From: Octopus vulgaris | Taxonomy: Eukaryota | Length of the DNA: 64,000 bases | Direction of reading: 5' to 3' | Assembly: GCA_951406725.2 (NCBI GenBank) | Contig: OX597825.1 | Coordinates: 11,718,001 to 11,782,000 of the forward strand | In this document: one piece after another, positions 52,705 through 64,000 of the stretch | Position numbering within the stretch: the first letter of the stretch is position 1 | Layout: each line of letters starts with the position of its first letter | The notes under the pieces: generated by a model | Told to the model about the DNA's origin: nothing | The model's input: only the letters and a program-made list of their open reading frames with translations | Database searches by the model: none | Made by a program: the position numbers and the translations under genes

Positions 52705-52917
52705 AGGAGTGGGTGAGTAGTAAGTATCTTGCTTACCAACCCCATAGTTCCAGGATAAGTCCCACTGCGTGCAACCTTGCGCAAGTGTCTTCTATAGCAT
52801 TGGGGCGACCAAAACCTTGTGAGTGGATTTGGTAGACGGAAATTAAAAGAAGCCCGTCGTACAAATATATATATATGTGCATACACACACAGTCAGACCC
52901 ACACATACACACACAAT

Positions 52918-52984
<67 letters not shown>

Positions 52985-53210
52985 TTGTGCGTGTGTGTGT
53001 ATTTGTTTGTCTGTGTTTATACTCTCACCATCGCTTGACAACCGATGTTAGTGTGTTTACGTTCCCATAACTTAGCAGTTCAGCAAAGAAGAGATCCGAA
53101 ACAATAATTACTACGCTTACAAAAATTTAGTCCTGGGGTCGATTTGTTCGATTAATGGCGGTGCACCAACATGGCTGCAGTCAAATCACTAAAAACAAAT
53201 AAAAAGAATA
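52705..53210 (+). mobile_element. SINE family B, full length, internal (CA)n
   Basis: Head, body and tail homologous to the 16256 copy. Confidence 0.88.
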
Positions 53211-53445
53211 TATATATATATATGTGTATATGTAAGTTGTACTCGCGGATGCATACAACTATGCAAGCAAAGACCCACCCATATAACCATCGATGAAACT
53301 GTTATCATAATTCTATGCATGTCCTTGCCAAACTTGATTATAAATAAAGCAGTTCTGACTGGGAACAACTGAAAAATCTACATCTATTTTTTATCCTATC
53401 AAATTTTTCTTCTTTCTCCATGATTTAAATAACAGAAACATCCAC

Positions 53446-53446
53446 G

Positions 53447-53501
<55 letters not shown>

Positions 53502-53616
53502 TGATGATGATGATGATGATGATGATAATAATAATAAAATTAAATGAATAATAATACTACTACTACTAATAATAATAGTAATAATAACAATAATAACAAT
53601 GTCAATAATAATAATG

Positions 53617-53647
<31 letters not shown>

Positions 53648-53870
53648 TAACAATAATAATAATGATAATAATAATGATAATGATAACGATAATGATAAGA
53701 ATATTAATAATTATAATAATAATAATGACAATAACAATAATAATAATAATGATAATAATAATAATAATAATAACAATAACAATAATAATAATGATAATGA
53801 TAACGATAATGATAATAATAATAATAATAATAATTATAACAATAATTATAATAATAATTATAATAATAAT

Positions 53871-53905
<35 letters not shown>

Positions 53906-53937
53906 TGATGATGATAATAATAATAATAATAATAATG

Positions 53938-54017
<80 letters not shown>

Positions 54018-54040
54018 AATAATAATAATGATAATAATAA
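53446..54040. repeat. (AAT)n/(GAT)n/(AAC)n trinucleotide array
   Basis: Directly visible. Confidence 0.95.
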
Positions 54041-54184
54041 ATGGCAGCTATCACACAGGATAACTTTTGTTGTCATTTCCTCTTTGCTGTGTGTTTATAT
54101 GAGAACTTATAAAATAGGGGAAACTACATCACTTAGTGATTTTATCAAAGAAACAGTAGGAGAAAAATAACCTACTAAAATAGT

Positions 54185-54215
<31 letters not shown>

Positions 54216-54814
54216 GCACTTCTGCATTCGATGATTTCTTTGCTTTTAGATAATAAAAGAAATGGCAGAGATGTATGAGGGAAAGATTCGGAATTGTAAA
54301 AAAAAAAAAAAATAATAAAATGTCATCTGATTTAGTTTAAGAGGAAATATTTATGCAACGCCATGTATTACCGGTAGCTTAGCTTTTTATATCTTTGCCC
54401 TAGTCGTTAATGGTTTCTTTTCGTACAGTCCTTGGTTTTCACTGATAAATTCAAAATCATATACATAGTTTTTTTTTTTTTTGTGCAGCAGATCTTCGCC
54501 ACAGTTTTTCACTTTATGTAGTTTAGCGCAATCACCATCTCTGGTGACTTTATGCGACCTATTGTGAAAATGTATTCAAATAGATTATAATGAGTTAATA
54601 ATATAAAGTCAAATGACACCATGCCAGATAATGCGCAGTGTCTGAAAAAAGACTCGAGGTCCCTAAATTCAAGTCCGAAATCATGTGTAACCTATTCGCA
54701 CAGAAATACATGCAGGCGAATAAAAAGGTTCATTAAGAAAGATAAATCTGGAATCATGTTTAAAAGTTGCTGTTGGCGTAGGACGGGAATAAATGTGAGT
54801 TTAATTGGTTAAGT

Positions 54815-55187
54815 GTGGAGGCGCAATGACCCAGTGGTTAGGGGAGCGGACTCGCGGTCATAGGATTGCGGTTTCAATTCCCAGACCGGACGTTGTGAGT
54901 GTTTATTGAGCGAAAACACCTAAAACCTCCACGACGCTTCGGCAGGGGATTGTGGCCAACCTTGCTGTACTCTTCCACCACAAAATTCTCTCACTCTTAA
55001 TTCCTGTTTCTGTTGTACCTGTAATTCAAAGAGGCCAGCCTTGTCACGCTGAATATACCTCAGAACTACACTAATGGCACACGTATTTCTGGAGTGTTCA
55101 GCCACTTGCGCGTTAATTTCACGAGCAGGCTGTTCCGTTGACCGGATCAAGTGGAACCCTCGTCGTCGTAAGCGACGGAGTGCCAAC
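54815..55187 (+). mobile_element. SINE (head H2 + tail T2) with 12-bp TSD
   Basis: TSD AATTGGT(T/G)AAGT at 54803-54814 and 55188-55199; tail shared with the 20085 element. Confidence 0.9.
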
Positions 55188-56147
55188 AATTGGTGAAGTA
55201 ACAGACATGTCGTCATTGTGGAAGACAGGTTGTTCACAGCTATGGAGTAACAATATATCAGTGTGCAATGAAAGAATTGGGTGCGGCTGTCTGAAGGCGG
55301 AGAGTCTGGAGCTGCTGCCTGGAAAATCAAGCTGTTTTGGTAAGAGTACGTTTTTACACCGAGAGTCAACAAACAAACGCACATAAAAATATATACATAC
55401 AGGTAGAGAGAGTGAAATAGAGGCGGGAGAGGGGTATTACACATGCATACAAACGTAACTAGTAGCTCAGACAGATAAACAGAGAGAGAGAGAAAGAGAA
55501 AAAGAGAGAAATAAAGATAGATAGAGATAGAGATAGAGAGAGAGAGAGAGAAATAGATGACAGAACGAGGTAAATTATCATGATGTTCTTCCGTAAGATG
55601 CAGATTTTCAGGTCCCGGACGTGAACGAGCCATTTAATTAAAAATTAGCGTAATTATTTCATACAATCTTGTTTGAAATGTGTGCACCTTTTCCACATCT
55701 TCCCAAGCGTAACTTGTAAAACTTCTCTGTTCGGTCCGGATTATCTGCAATGAAAGCATACACTATTCTTGTATCCTATCTTTTCTAATAACTGCGCTTG
55801 AAAATACGATTGGGGCTTGATTTTGAAACCTCTATCTCTCTTGTCGTGCAGATAAACTTGGAATCTGTCTTTGTATTTCTAATAATCTATCACGCTTAAT
55901 GTGGCTCTTCAGTGCTTGCGATATTCCAAATCTTTTCTTCTAGAAAGTTCCATTTAATTCAAACTTCTATCTAATTCGAATGATGGTAAGTCGCATCGGT
56001 CGATCTGTTTGAATTTCGTTGGGCTTCGTTCCTTCGTTCAGAGCATACTTTGACTTCATTATTTCAAACGTATTAAATCTAGAAAAAAAAATTAATTGAA
56101 TTATCAGCTGCTTAAATATATATGCATTTTGAGGACATCTATGCATA

Positions 56148-56542
56148 TCTATACATATAAAGCTGAAGTAGTCTCTGTGTGTGTGGCAGGTTTGGTAGAA
56201 TTCAACTAACACTATCTCCCTCGAGACCCTGCGGCGCAAGTTGACCAAAGTATGATAGAAGAAGGCTTGCTCTTTCATCTGTAGAAGAAAAAGTTCGAAT
56301 TGGATCATGTTAAGATCAAAAATTATTTACATCAAAAAGGTGCTTTTTTTTATGAAAATCCGCCATTTTTCACTGTATTTCAATCAGAAAAAAAATTCAC
56401 TTAAAGAAAACAACAGGTTACATAATGCAAACTTTTTACTTTTCAAAAAAGATTGAAACTATGTCAAACCTTTGTCAAAACTTTTGCCGTTTTAAGCGCG
56501 ACTAAAAAAACAAACCCGAGCAACGCCGGGCTATACTGCTAG
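56148..56542 (+). mobile_element. Non-autonomous Helitron
   Basis: 5' A|TCTATACATATAAAG; subterminal GC hairpin CCCGAGCAACGCCGGG (56515-56530); 3' CTAG|T; no TSD. Confidence 0.85.
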
Positions 56543-56888
56543 TAATACTATATAGCACAAAGTTGTGTATTATGATAAAGTCATTTACAGGGGATCCTGT
56601 ACAAATCCGAATATTTTCATGTATTATATGTTAACACAAAAAGTATGAAAACGATTACTTCTGCTGAAAATATTAATTCAATTTCAAGCTTAAAGGGGAT
56701 TTCTGCTCATATTAAATGCCATGAATAAATATTGGTTTTGCATTTTTGCTCAAGATTCATTGCAGTATAAGTAAGATTCCTGTGTTTATGTGTGATATTT
56801 CATAGAAATATCAGATTACCTCAATAATAATCTATAATGTCACGTTAAATTTGGTATGATTAATATATATATATATATATACATGATA

Positions 56889-57069
<181 letters not shown>

Positions 57070-57802
57070 GTGTGCATATGTGCGCCTGCCTGTATGTGTT
57101 TGTGTGTGTGTGTGTGCGTGTGTATACGAACACAGAGAAAAGACACCCAAAATGGTTTTTCCGACTGCTTATCCGTTTCTGTTATGAGATTGAAGAGAAT
57201 CGACAGAATTAACCATTGCTTGTATTTTTCTTTGCGTCTGCCTAAGAAAAATGGATCTCCGAGCATCTTGGTAGAACTAGTTGTCACTGGATGAAGACTA
57301 AATTTCACTCTGATAAGATGTTTCAGATCACGTGTTTGTTGTAAGGTGGTAGCTACTGTTGCTGAGTGCTGACTTCTACTAGGGTGAAGTACTGGTGATT
57401 GGGGTTCGAATTTGCGACTGATGAATTCGACTTTATATGGTGTCAACTAGAGTACAGAAGTACTGTTCTGTTTACGGATAGCTATTGGAAAAGTATAGAT
57501 TATATAAGTTTGTATAAATATATTTGATAGTGGCCCAAATTGTCCACATCCTGCCAACAACTGTACAACTTGCTAGCTAGTATTACCGTCCATAATCTTT
57601 CACCCAGAACACTTCTAGCGGTAATACCCTTTCCTTGTCCTTCCTATGAATAAAATATTTTGACGCTTCATTCCGTATTTTGTCCGCTGTCAGTTAATGT
57701 CGACAGGTGTTTTAAAACTTAAGTATCCACTCTAATTTGAAACGCCAGCAGTCTCGTGGTGTGACAGATTTTTTTCTAAAATGCATCAGCAATCTCTTCA
57801 TT

Positions 57803-58158
57803 TACTCTTTACACTCTTTTACTTGTTTCAGTCATTTGACTGAGGCCATGCTGGAGCACCGCCTTTAGTCGAGCAAATCGAACCCCAGGACTTATTCTTT
57901 TTAAGCCTAGTACTTATTCTATCGGTCTTTTTTTTACCGAACCGCTAATTTACGGGGACCTAAACACACCAGCATCGGTTGTCAAGCGATATTGGGGGGA
58001 CAATTACAGACATACAAACATACACACACACATACATACATATACATATACACATATATACGATGGGCCCTTCTTTCAGTTTCCGTCTACCAAATCTACT
58101 CACAAGACTTTGGTTGACCCGAGGCTATAGTAGAAGACGCTTGCCCACTCCTGCGCCT
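57803..58158 (-). mobile_element. SINE family B with deletion in the head
   Basis: Reverse complement of family B tail and body; head collapsed to TTGCCCACTCCTGCGCC. Confidence 0.88.
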
Positions 58159-58519
58159 ATTCTTTGTGAAAGATATACCCGACTTTTCTAAAATAAGTTA
58201 CCAACATGAATGATTCTTCAAAGGAATCGGGTGGAAGGCCTTCTACTGTGATACAGAGCTGTCTACATCTCATTCTGACAGAACATCAATAATAAATTAG
58301 GTCTTCTAATTGCCTAATGCAAACAATCGAGAATTACTTTTTTCAATATAATCAAAAAATTTACATTTAATATATTTATCAATAATTTTTAAACTGAGCT
58401 CAAGAACAACATCAAAAGCGTTAACATAAATTTAAAAGCTTGGATGAAATTATACATTAATTGAAGATCAACATGAAAAATTGGTTCGTCTTCTTTTTCT
58501 TCTTCAATAGTTGCAAGGA

Positions 58520-58573
<54 letters not shown>

Positions 58574-58621
58574 CACACACATATATATATATATATATAT
58601 TTATACATATATATAAACATA

Positions 58622-58668
<47 letters not shown>

Positions 58669-59211
58669 GTATATATAGCTGTCGTCAAATGTCGTTCTAC
58701 ATTTCTCCACAAAATAAACTGCCAACAAACACGAAATTGGTAACAGAATTGGCGCTTTAACACATCGAAATAACCCCTTACTTCCCAAAGGACCACAAAG
58801 ACACGTCCAAATATCATTAAATATGTCATATCAATCTTTCTACGCCTGATTTCAATATAGTGTGTGAAGGAACTAGAAGGATATTACGGGAGGGGTTTCG
58901 GATGTTGAATAGCACATGTTTTGACGAATTTGACATTTTTACTAAAAGGGTTTTAATCGCTTAATATATCAGAGTGGTGTTAATCAGCTTCATTCCATTT
59001 CGTAGGGTTTGTTCTTGCCTGAAATGTTTTTTTTAATGGGATTTGATAAGTGCTAGTTGTCGGTAAAGTATGAGTAATCTCATATATATATTGTGCTTAA
59101 TGATATACCTACCCCATACGATATTTGTAATGCGTAGGGCATAATCGCATACAGATACGCGCGTAGATATGGATACGCTTTACCGCAAGCAAACAAGCTC
59201 ATCCCCCATAT

Positions 59212-59276
<65 letters not shown>

Positions 59277-59277
59277 T

Positions 59278-59374
<97 letters not shown>

Positions 59375-59523
59375 CATATATATATATGCATATATATTTA
59401 TATAAGTTATTAAGGTGGCTGTAGTCGTCACTTAAGTAACGGAGGGTGCTAGTGAGCTAGACATAAGAGCCAAAACAACTCTTAGTCACGTGAGTCCACT
59501 TTTATAACCACTGACAAGGGAGA

Positions 59524-59585
<62 letters not shown>

Positions 59586-60386
59586 GTGTATGTGTGTGTG
59601 TGAGTGTGTGTGTGTGTTAAAAAGATATGTTTGTAGTAGTTGATGTACTCTACCTTCTTATGAGTTAATCTTGGTATCTCTCTATCTCTCTATCTCTCTA
59701 TGCCCAGTGTATCTGTTACTAATTAAAGAGGGCATGATTCCCTTTTGATAGCAGTTTTATTTATTATTTCCAGGAATTTCAGCGACTGCATCAATGTCTT
59801 CCCACAATGACTCAAATTAAACTTAATCCTCCATCTATAGCCCCACATCAACCCGTTCTCGAACAAACCCATCATAACAAATATTATATACCTGACTTAC
59901 AACTCCCTTTTAAAACTGCAAATTGCCTATCACATTGTTTCTTGTTTCTTTCATTTTAAATGCTAACATCAACTTAAGTGAAGCCTTGGCTACTATTTTC
60001 ATTAATGTCTTGGAGCATTTAGAAGATCTCTCGCCGAATATTTTGATTAACCGAGATATATTGACGTGAGCTTTCATTGGGTAATATCTAATATTGATGT
60101 GCAACAGTCCATTTGGCAGAAAACAATACTCTCTAATCATCTTTCGCTTTTTATTTGAATCGTTGTGCGAGATATGACAGCTTCTTACATTTCACTATTC
60201 CAGTGAGATGATTTATATTGAAAGGGTGAAGCGTGTGCAGTCGATGTGCTCCAACATGTAATGGAGGGAACGGCTGCCAGGCTCTCAGTCATTAATTAAA
60301 TATATTTTCATAAGCTCTTCGATATTAACCATGAATGCTGATACGTTTGTACATAGAAGCGTATATAAATGCTTACATAAATATAT

Positions 60387-60697
60387 CACCGTGATCACAG
60401 TGACCGATCAGGCTATCAGATGTTGCTACACAGCGCTGGTCACAATGCGTTTCGCATTGTTTTAACCTTTAAATAACGCCACCCCGCTGGCTAAGCGAGC
60501 ATGCCAACAGAAGAAAGAGTGAGAGAAAGTTGCGGCGAAAGAGTATAGCAGGGATCGCCACCACCCACTGCCGGAACATCGTGGAGCTTTTAGGTGTTTT
60601 CGCTCAATAAACACTCACAATGCCTAGTCTAGGAATCGAAACCGTGATCCTATGACCGCGAGTCCGCTCCCTAACCACTGGGCCATTGCACCTCCAC
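60387..60697 (-). mobile_element. SINE (head H2 + tail T3) with 12-bp TSD
   Basis: TSD ACATAAATATAT at 60375-60386 and 60698-60709; tail unrelated to T1 and T2. Confidence 0.9.
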
Positions 60698-61029
60698 ACA
60701 TAAATATATACTTACATATATTCATACATACACACACGCATACACATGCACACACACACACACACTTTGAACGCACATATGTGTGTCTATGAATGTTTTT
60801 GAGCAGATGTGGATACGTGTGTACATAAGTGTGTGTGCGTGCGGCGCGATATGTTCGCGTATAAATGCATTTCTGTTTACGTAATTGCATACATCATTCA
60901 GTTGAGCTTCAAGAGTCGGAGGGATTAGTCTAGCTTTTACAGCTTGCAGCTATGACTAATGCTGGCAGATGATTAATAAAGATATTTAAGGCATTAATCC
61001 TTCCGTAACACTATATTCATAATATTACA

Positions 61030-61079
<50 letters not shown>

Positions 61080-61196
61080 TATATATGCATGTGTGTACGT
61101 ACGATTATATAAAATTATATGTATTTGCATACAAGCACTCAAATACATGCACGTGCACGCAGACGCGCGACCACAGACACACACACACGCACGCAT

Positions 61197-61232
<36 letters not shown>

Positions 61233-61337
61233 GCATCGCAAAAATCAATTTTTGTTGCAGAAAAAGCATTGATCAACCTTCTGAGATGATTAAGTATAAA
61301 CGCAAGGCAATTAATTATAAAAATATGCAATAATATA

Positions 61338-61714
61338 TCCTTTTCTAGTCTAGGCACAAAGCACAGAAATTTTTGGGGAGCGGGCTAGTCGATTAGATCG
61401 ACCGCAGTACGCAAATGGTACTTAATTTATCGACCCCGAAAGGATGAAAGGCAAAGTCGACCTCGGCGGAATTTGAACTCAGAACGTAAGACAGATGAAA
61501 TACCTATTTCTTTACTACCCACAAAGGGGCTAAACTAGAAGGGACAAACAAAGACATACAAAGGGATTAAGTCGATTACATTGATTCCAGTACACAACTG
61601 GTACTTAATTTATCAACGCCAAAAGAATAACAGGCTAAGTCGACCTCGGCGGAATTTGAACTCAGAACGCAAGACAGATGAAACACCTATTTCTTTACTA
61701 CCCACAAGGGGCTA
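61338..61714 (-). mobile_element. SINE family A multimer (two bodies plus part of a third, head missing)
   Basis: Junction GATGAAA(T/C)ACCTATTTCTTTACTACCCACAA occurs twice (about 61495 and 61677). Confidence 0.88.
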
Positions 61715-62309
61715 TGTTTTTATGATTTTATCTATTTCAATCTACGTGTAACTCCTTATGAAAGAAGTGCTGAAGATAGAATATGGGTATAAAACTCTAG
61801 GAAAATATAGGTGATCCAGTAGTGATTTCCAAGTCACTCACCTGGTGAGGTACAAGTACGAAACAATTGCTGGATTATATCATTGTAATATTTATATGAT
61901 AATATGTATTACACGTGGAACAGTTAGCAAGTAACAGTTGTTGCTTATGAACAAAAACAATTGTGGTTAAGTTAAAGGATATTCATTCCATCTCCTTTTA
62001 TTATGTGTTGCATACATACAGTCATATATCTGTATGCATTCATATACATGCATACATACATATATATACACATAAATATTTCGCATATATGTTAGGCTAG
62101 GCTGTTTTTGCCTCTAGATCATAGTAGCATAAAGCTCAAATCACTAGACGAACCCTCAACTCCAGTTTCAATTAAAACATTATATATATATATATATAGA
62201 AAGAGAGAGAGAGAGAGAGATAGGTAGGTAGATGTATATATATATATATGTATGTAAGTATATATATATATATATATATATATCTACCTACCTATCTCGC
62301 TCTCTCTTT

Positions 62310-62340
<31 letters not shown>

Positions 62341-63269
62341 CGAATTAAAATACATCATATATGTATATGTATATATGTAAATGTATATACTCACACACAC
62401 ACATATGTATGATGAATACAAAATTTCTTTTATTGGATTTAACTATGGAAGCATCATAAAAATCAACAAGAAATTGACTGCAGAATAAAATATCAACGAA
62501 GCTGGCGATAGATGAGAATAAGAGAAAAGAGAAGGAACACAATGTCTAGTGAAGATAATCGTTAAATATTACCTTGACAACACATTTATTTCGGCTGATT
62601 TTGTAATATCTATATTTATTAAGGAAATCTAATATATTATTAACGCTAGGGGAAAACAATTATTGGAAAAGAATGGCAAACGAAGTATGCCGAATAAAAC
62701 AAGGGACGGTGAGTTGTAAGAAGTATATAATGAATAGTTAGAGCCTTTATGAGTTTTCAAAAGATAGAGAGAAATATGTGAAGAAAAAGAACGAAGAATC
62801 GAACCAACGCCTAACAAAAAAAAAGCGATAATTCAATAATACGGAGAGGAAAATAAGGAAAATTACTAACGAAATACATAGCGGCCTACACATAAAAAAA
62901 TATGTCTGTTGTTTTATGTCTTTATAAACGCTTGTGTTAGTGGTGATGATTTGACATATATTAACTCTAATGGAGCGGATCTATCAAATGAATTTCTTGT
63001 ATGAATATCTTATATTTCAATGCATATGAGTGTGCTACTGTATATATGATAGTAAACTGTTATTTAAGAGTTTGTAGGGAGAGAGCTGGCTGCTATTTCG
63101 TGTAAACTGAGCGGCTACCTAGAAATTTCATTGAGAAGGCAATGATGGGAAGTTGAAGATAATAAAGAGCAATTGCCTTAATCAGCGTTGTGCAGAAGAA
63201 AATAAACTTGATATATATGCATACATAGATGTAAACATGAATAATATAAACGAGTATATACATACATTC

Positions 63270-63305
<36 letters not shown>

Positions 63306-63433
63306 CGTATATGAATATCTGTAAACCTAACGTTTTTTATTCCCATTCCTCGAAAGAAAAACAACTCTTGGCTCCTTTCACGACCCAGAAGTTTGATTTG
63401 ATTGTCAGCTTTTAATATTATAAATATATCCAC

Positions 63434-63640
63434 GGCGGCGAGCTGGCAGAATCGGTAGCACGCTGAGGAAAATGCTTAGCGGCGTTTCAATTGCCTTTCC
63501 GTTGCGAGTTCAAATTCTGCCGCCATCGACTTTGTTTTTCATGCTTTCAAGATCGATAGATTACCTACCAGTTAAGTTGGTGCAATAGACTTACCTCCAC
63601 CCCCAAAGTTCTTTGCCTTGTTTCAAAATTTGAAATCAGT
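63434..63640 (+). mobile_element. SINE family A, diverged copy
   Basis: GGCGGCGAGCTGGCAGAATCG..GAGTTCAAATTCTGCCG..GATCGATAGA. Confidence 0.8.
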
Positions 63641-64000
63641 ATTTAAATATATCCAGCTAGTCTATATACAACGTGCCTACTCTCTGAAGAAAGAGAGAGA
63701 GAGGAAGAGAATGAGAAAGAATGAGACAAATAATGTAAGGGAAAAAGGGGGTGAGAAAAACATGGTGGTGAAAAGAACCAAGAGTTGTGTTACTTTCGGG
63801 GAATGGGAATTAAAAATGGTTATTAATTAAACTGATAAGTTTAAAGTTTGTGAATCTGGTTGATTGTTCACCATTTCGTTAATAGAAACTTATGTACATG
63901 ATAGCATTTAGTGAAAATCTCGCGTCTATTGTAGAAGTTAGTAGGTTGGTTGAATCCTTATGTTTAAAAAACATTCAAATTTTTCCGGTTGTACAAATAC

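Noticed and set aside
53544-54170. 208 aa poly-Asn ORF
   Set aside because: Trinucleotide array artefact
54920-55633. 237 aa minus-strand ORF
   Set aside because: Runs through a (GA)n tract and an antisense SINE

Overview
AT-rich, microsatellite-saturated eukaryotic non-coding DNA. The SINE families are the kind found in octopus genomes, so this is very likely an Octopus intergenic region or large intron (inferred, not searched). I find no confidently identifiable host protein-coding gene. Nearly all listed ORFs are microsatellite artefacts, and the recognisable protein similarity is all decayed transposon: three mariner remnants, two CR1/L2-group LINE 3' ends, a restriction-endonuclease-type LINE 3' end and a CCCH-finger LINE ORF1 remnant. 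There are also several tRNA-derived SINE families (some with clear TSDs), a Helitron and two MITEs, one carrying (CCCTAA)5. The most notable signal is a set of small non-autonomous elements, mostly in (TA)n, that carry minimal type-I hammerhead-ribozyme-like motifs (about 8.06, 16.03, 19.55, 24.83, 36.7 and 39.36 kb) and/or foldback inverted repeats. Several motifs share an atypical core (CCGAnGA and/or one extra nucleotide before stem II), and two show compensatory base-pair changes. One element joins a tRNA/pol III SINE head to a hammerhead tail and has an inverted 5' duplication, suggesting a SINE-retrozyme hybrid mobilised by Penelope-like elements. Coordinates of degenerate repeats are approximate.
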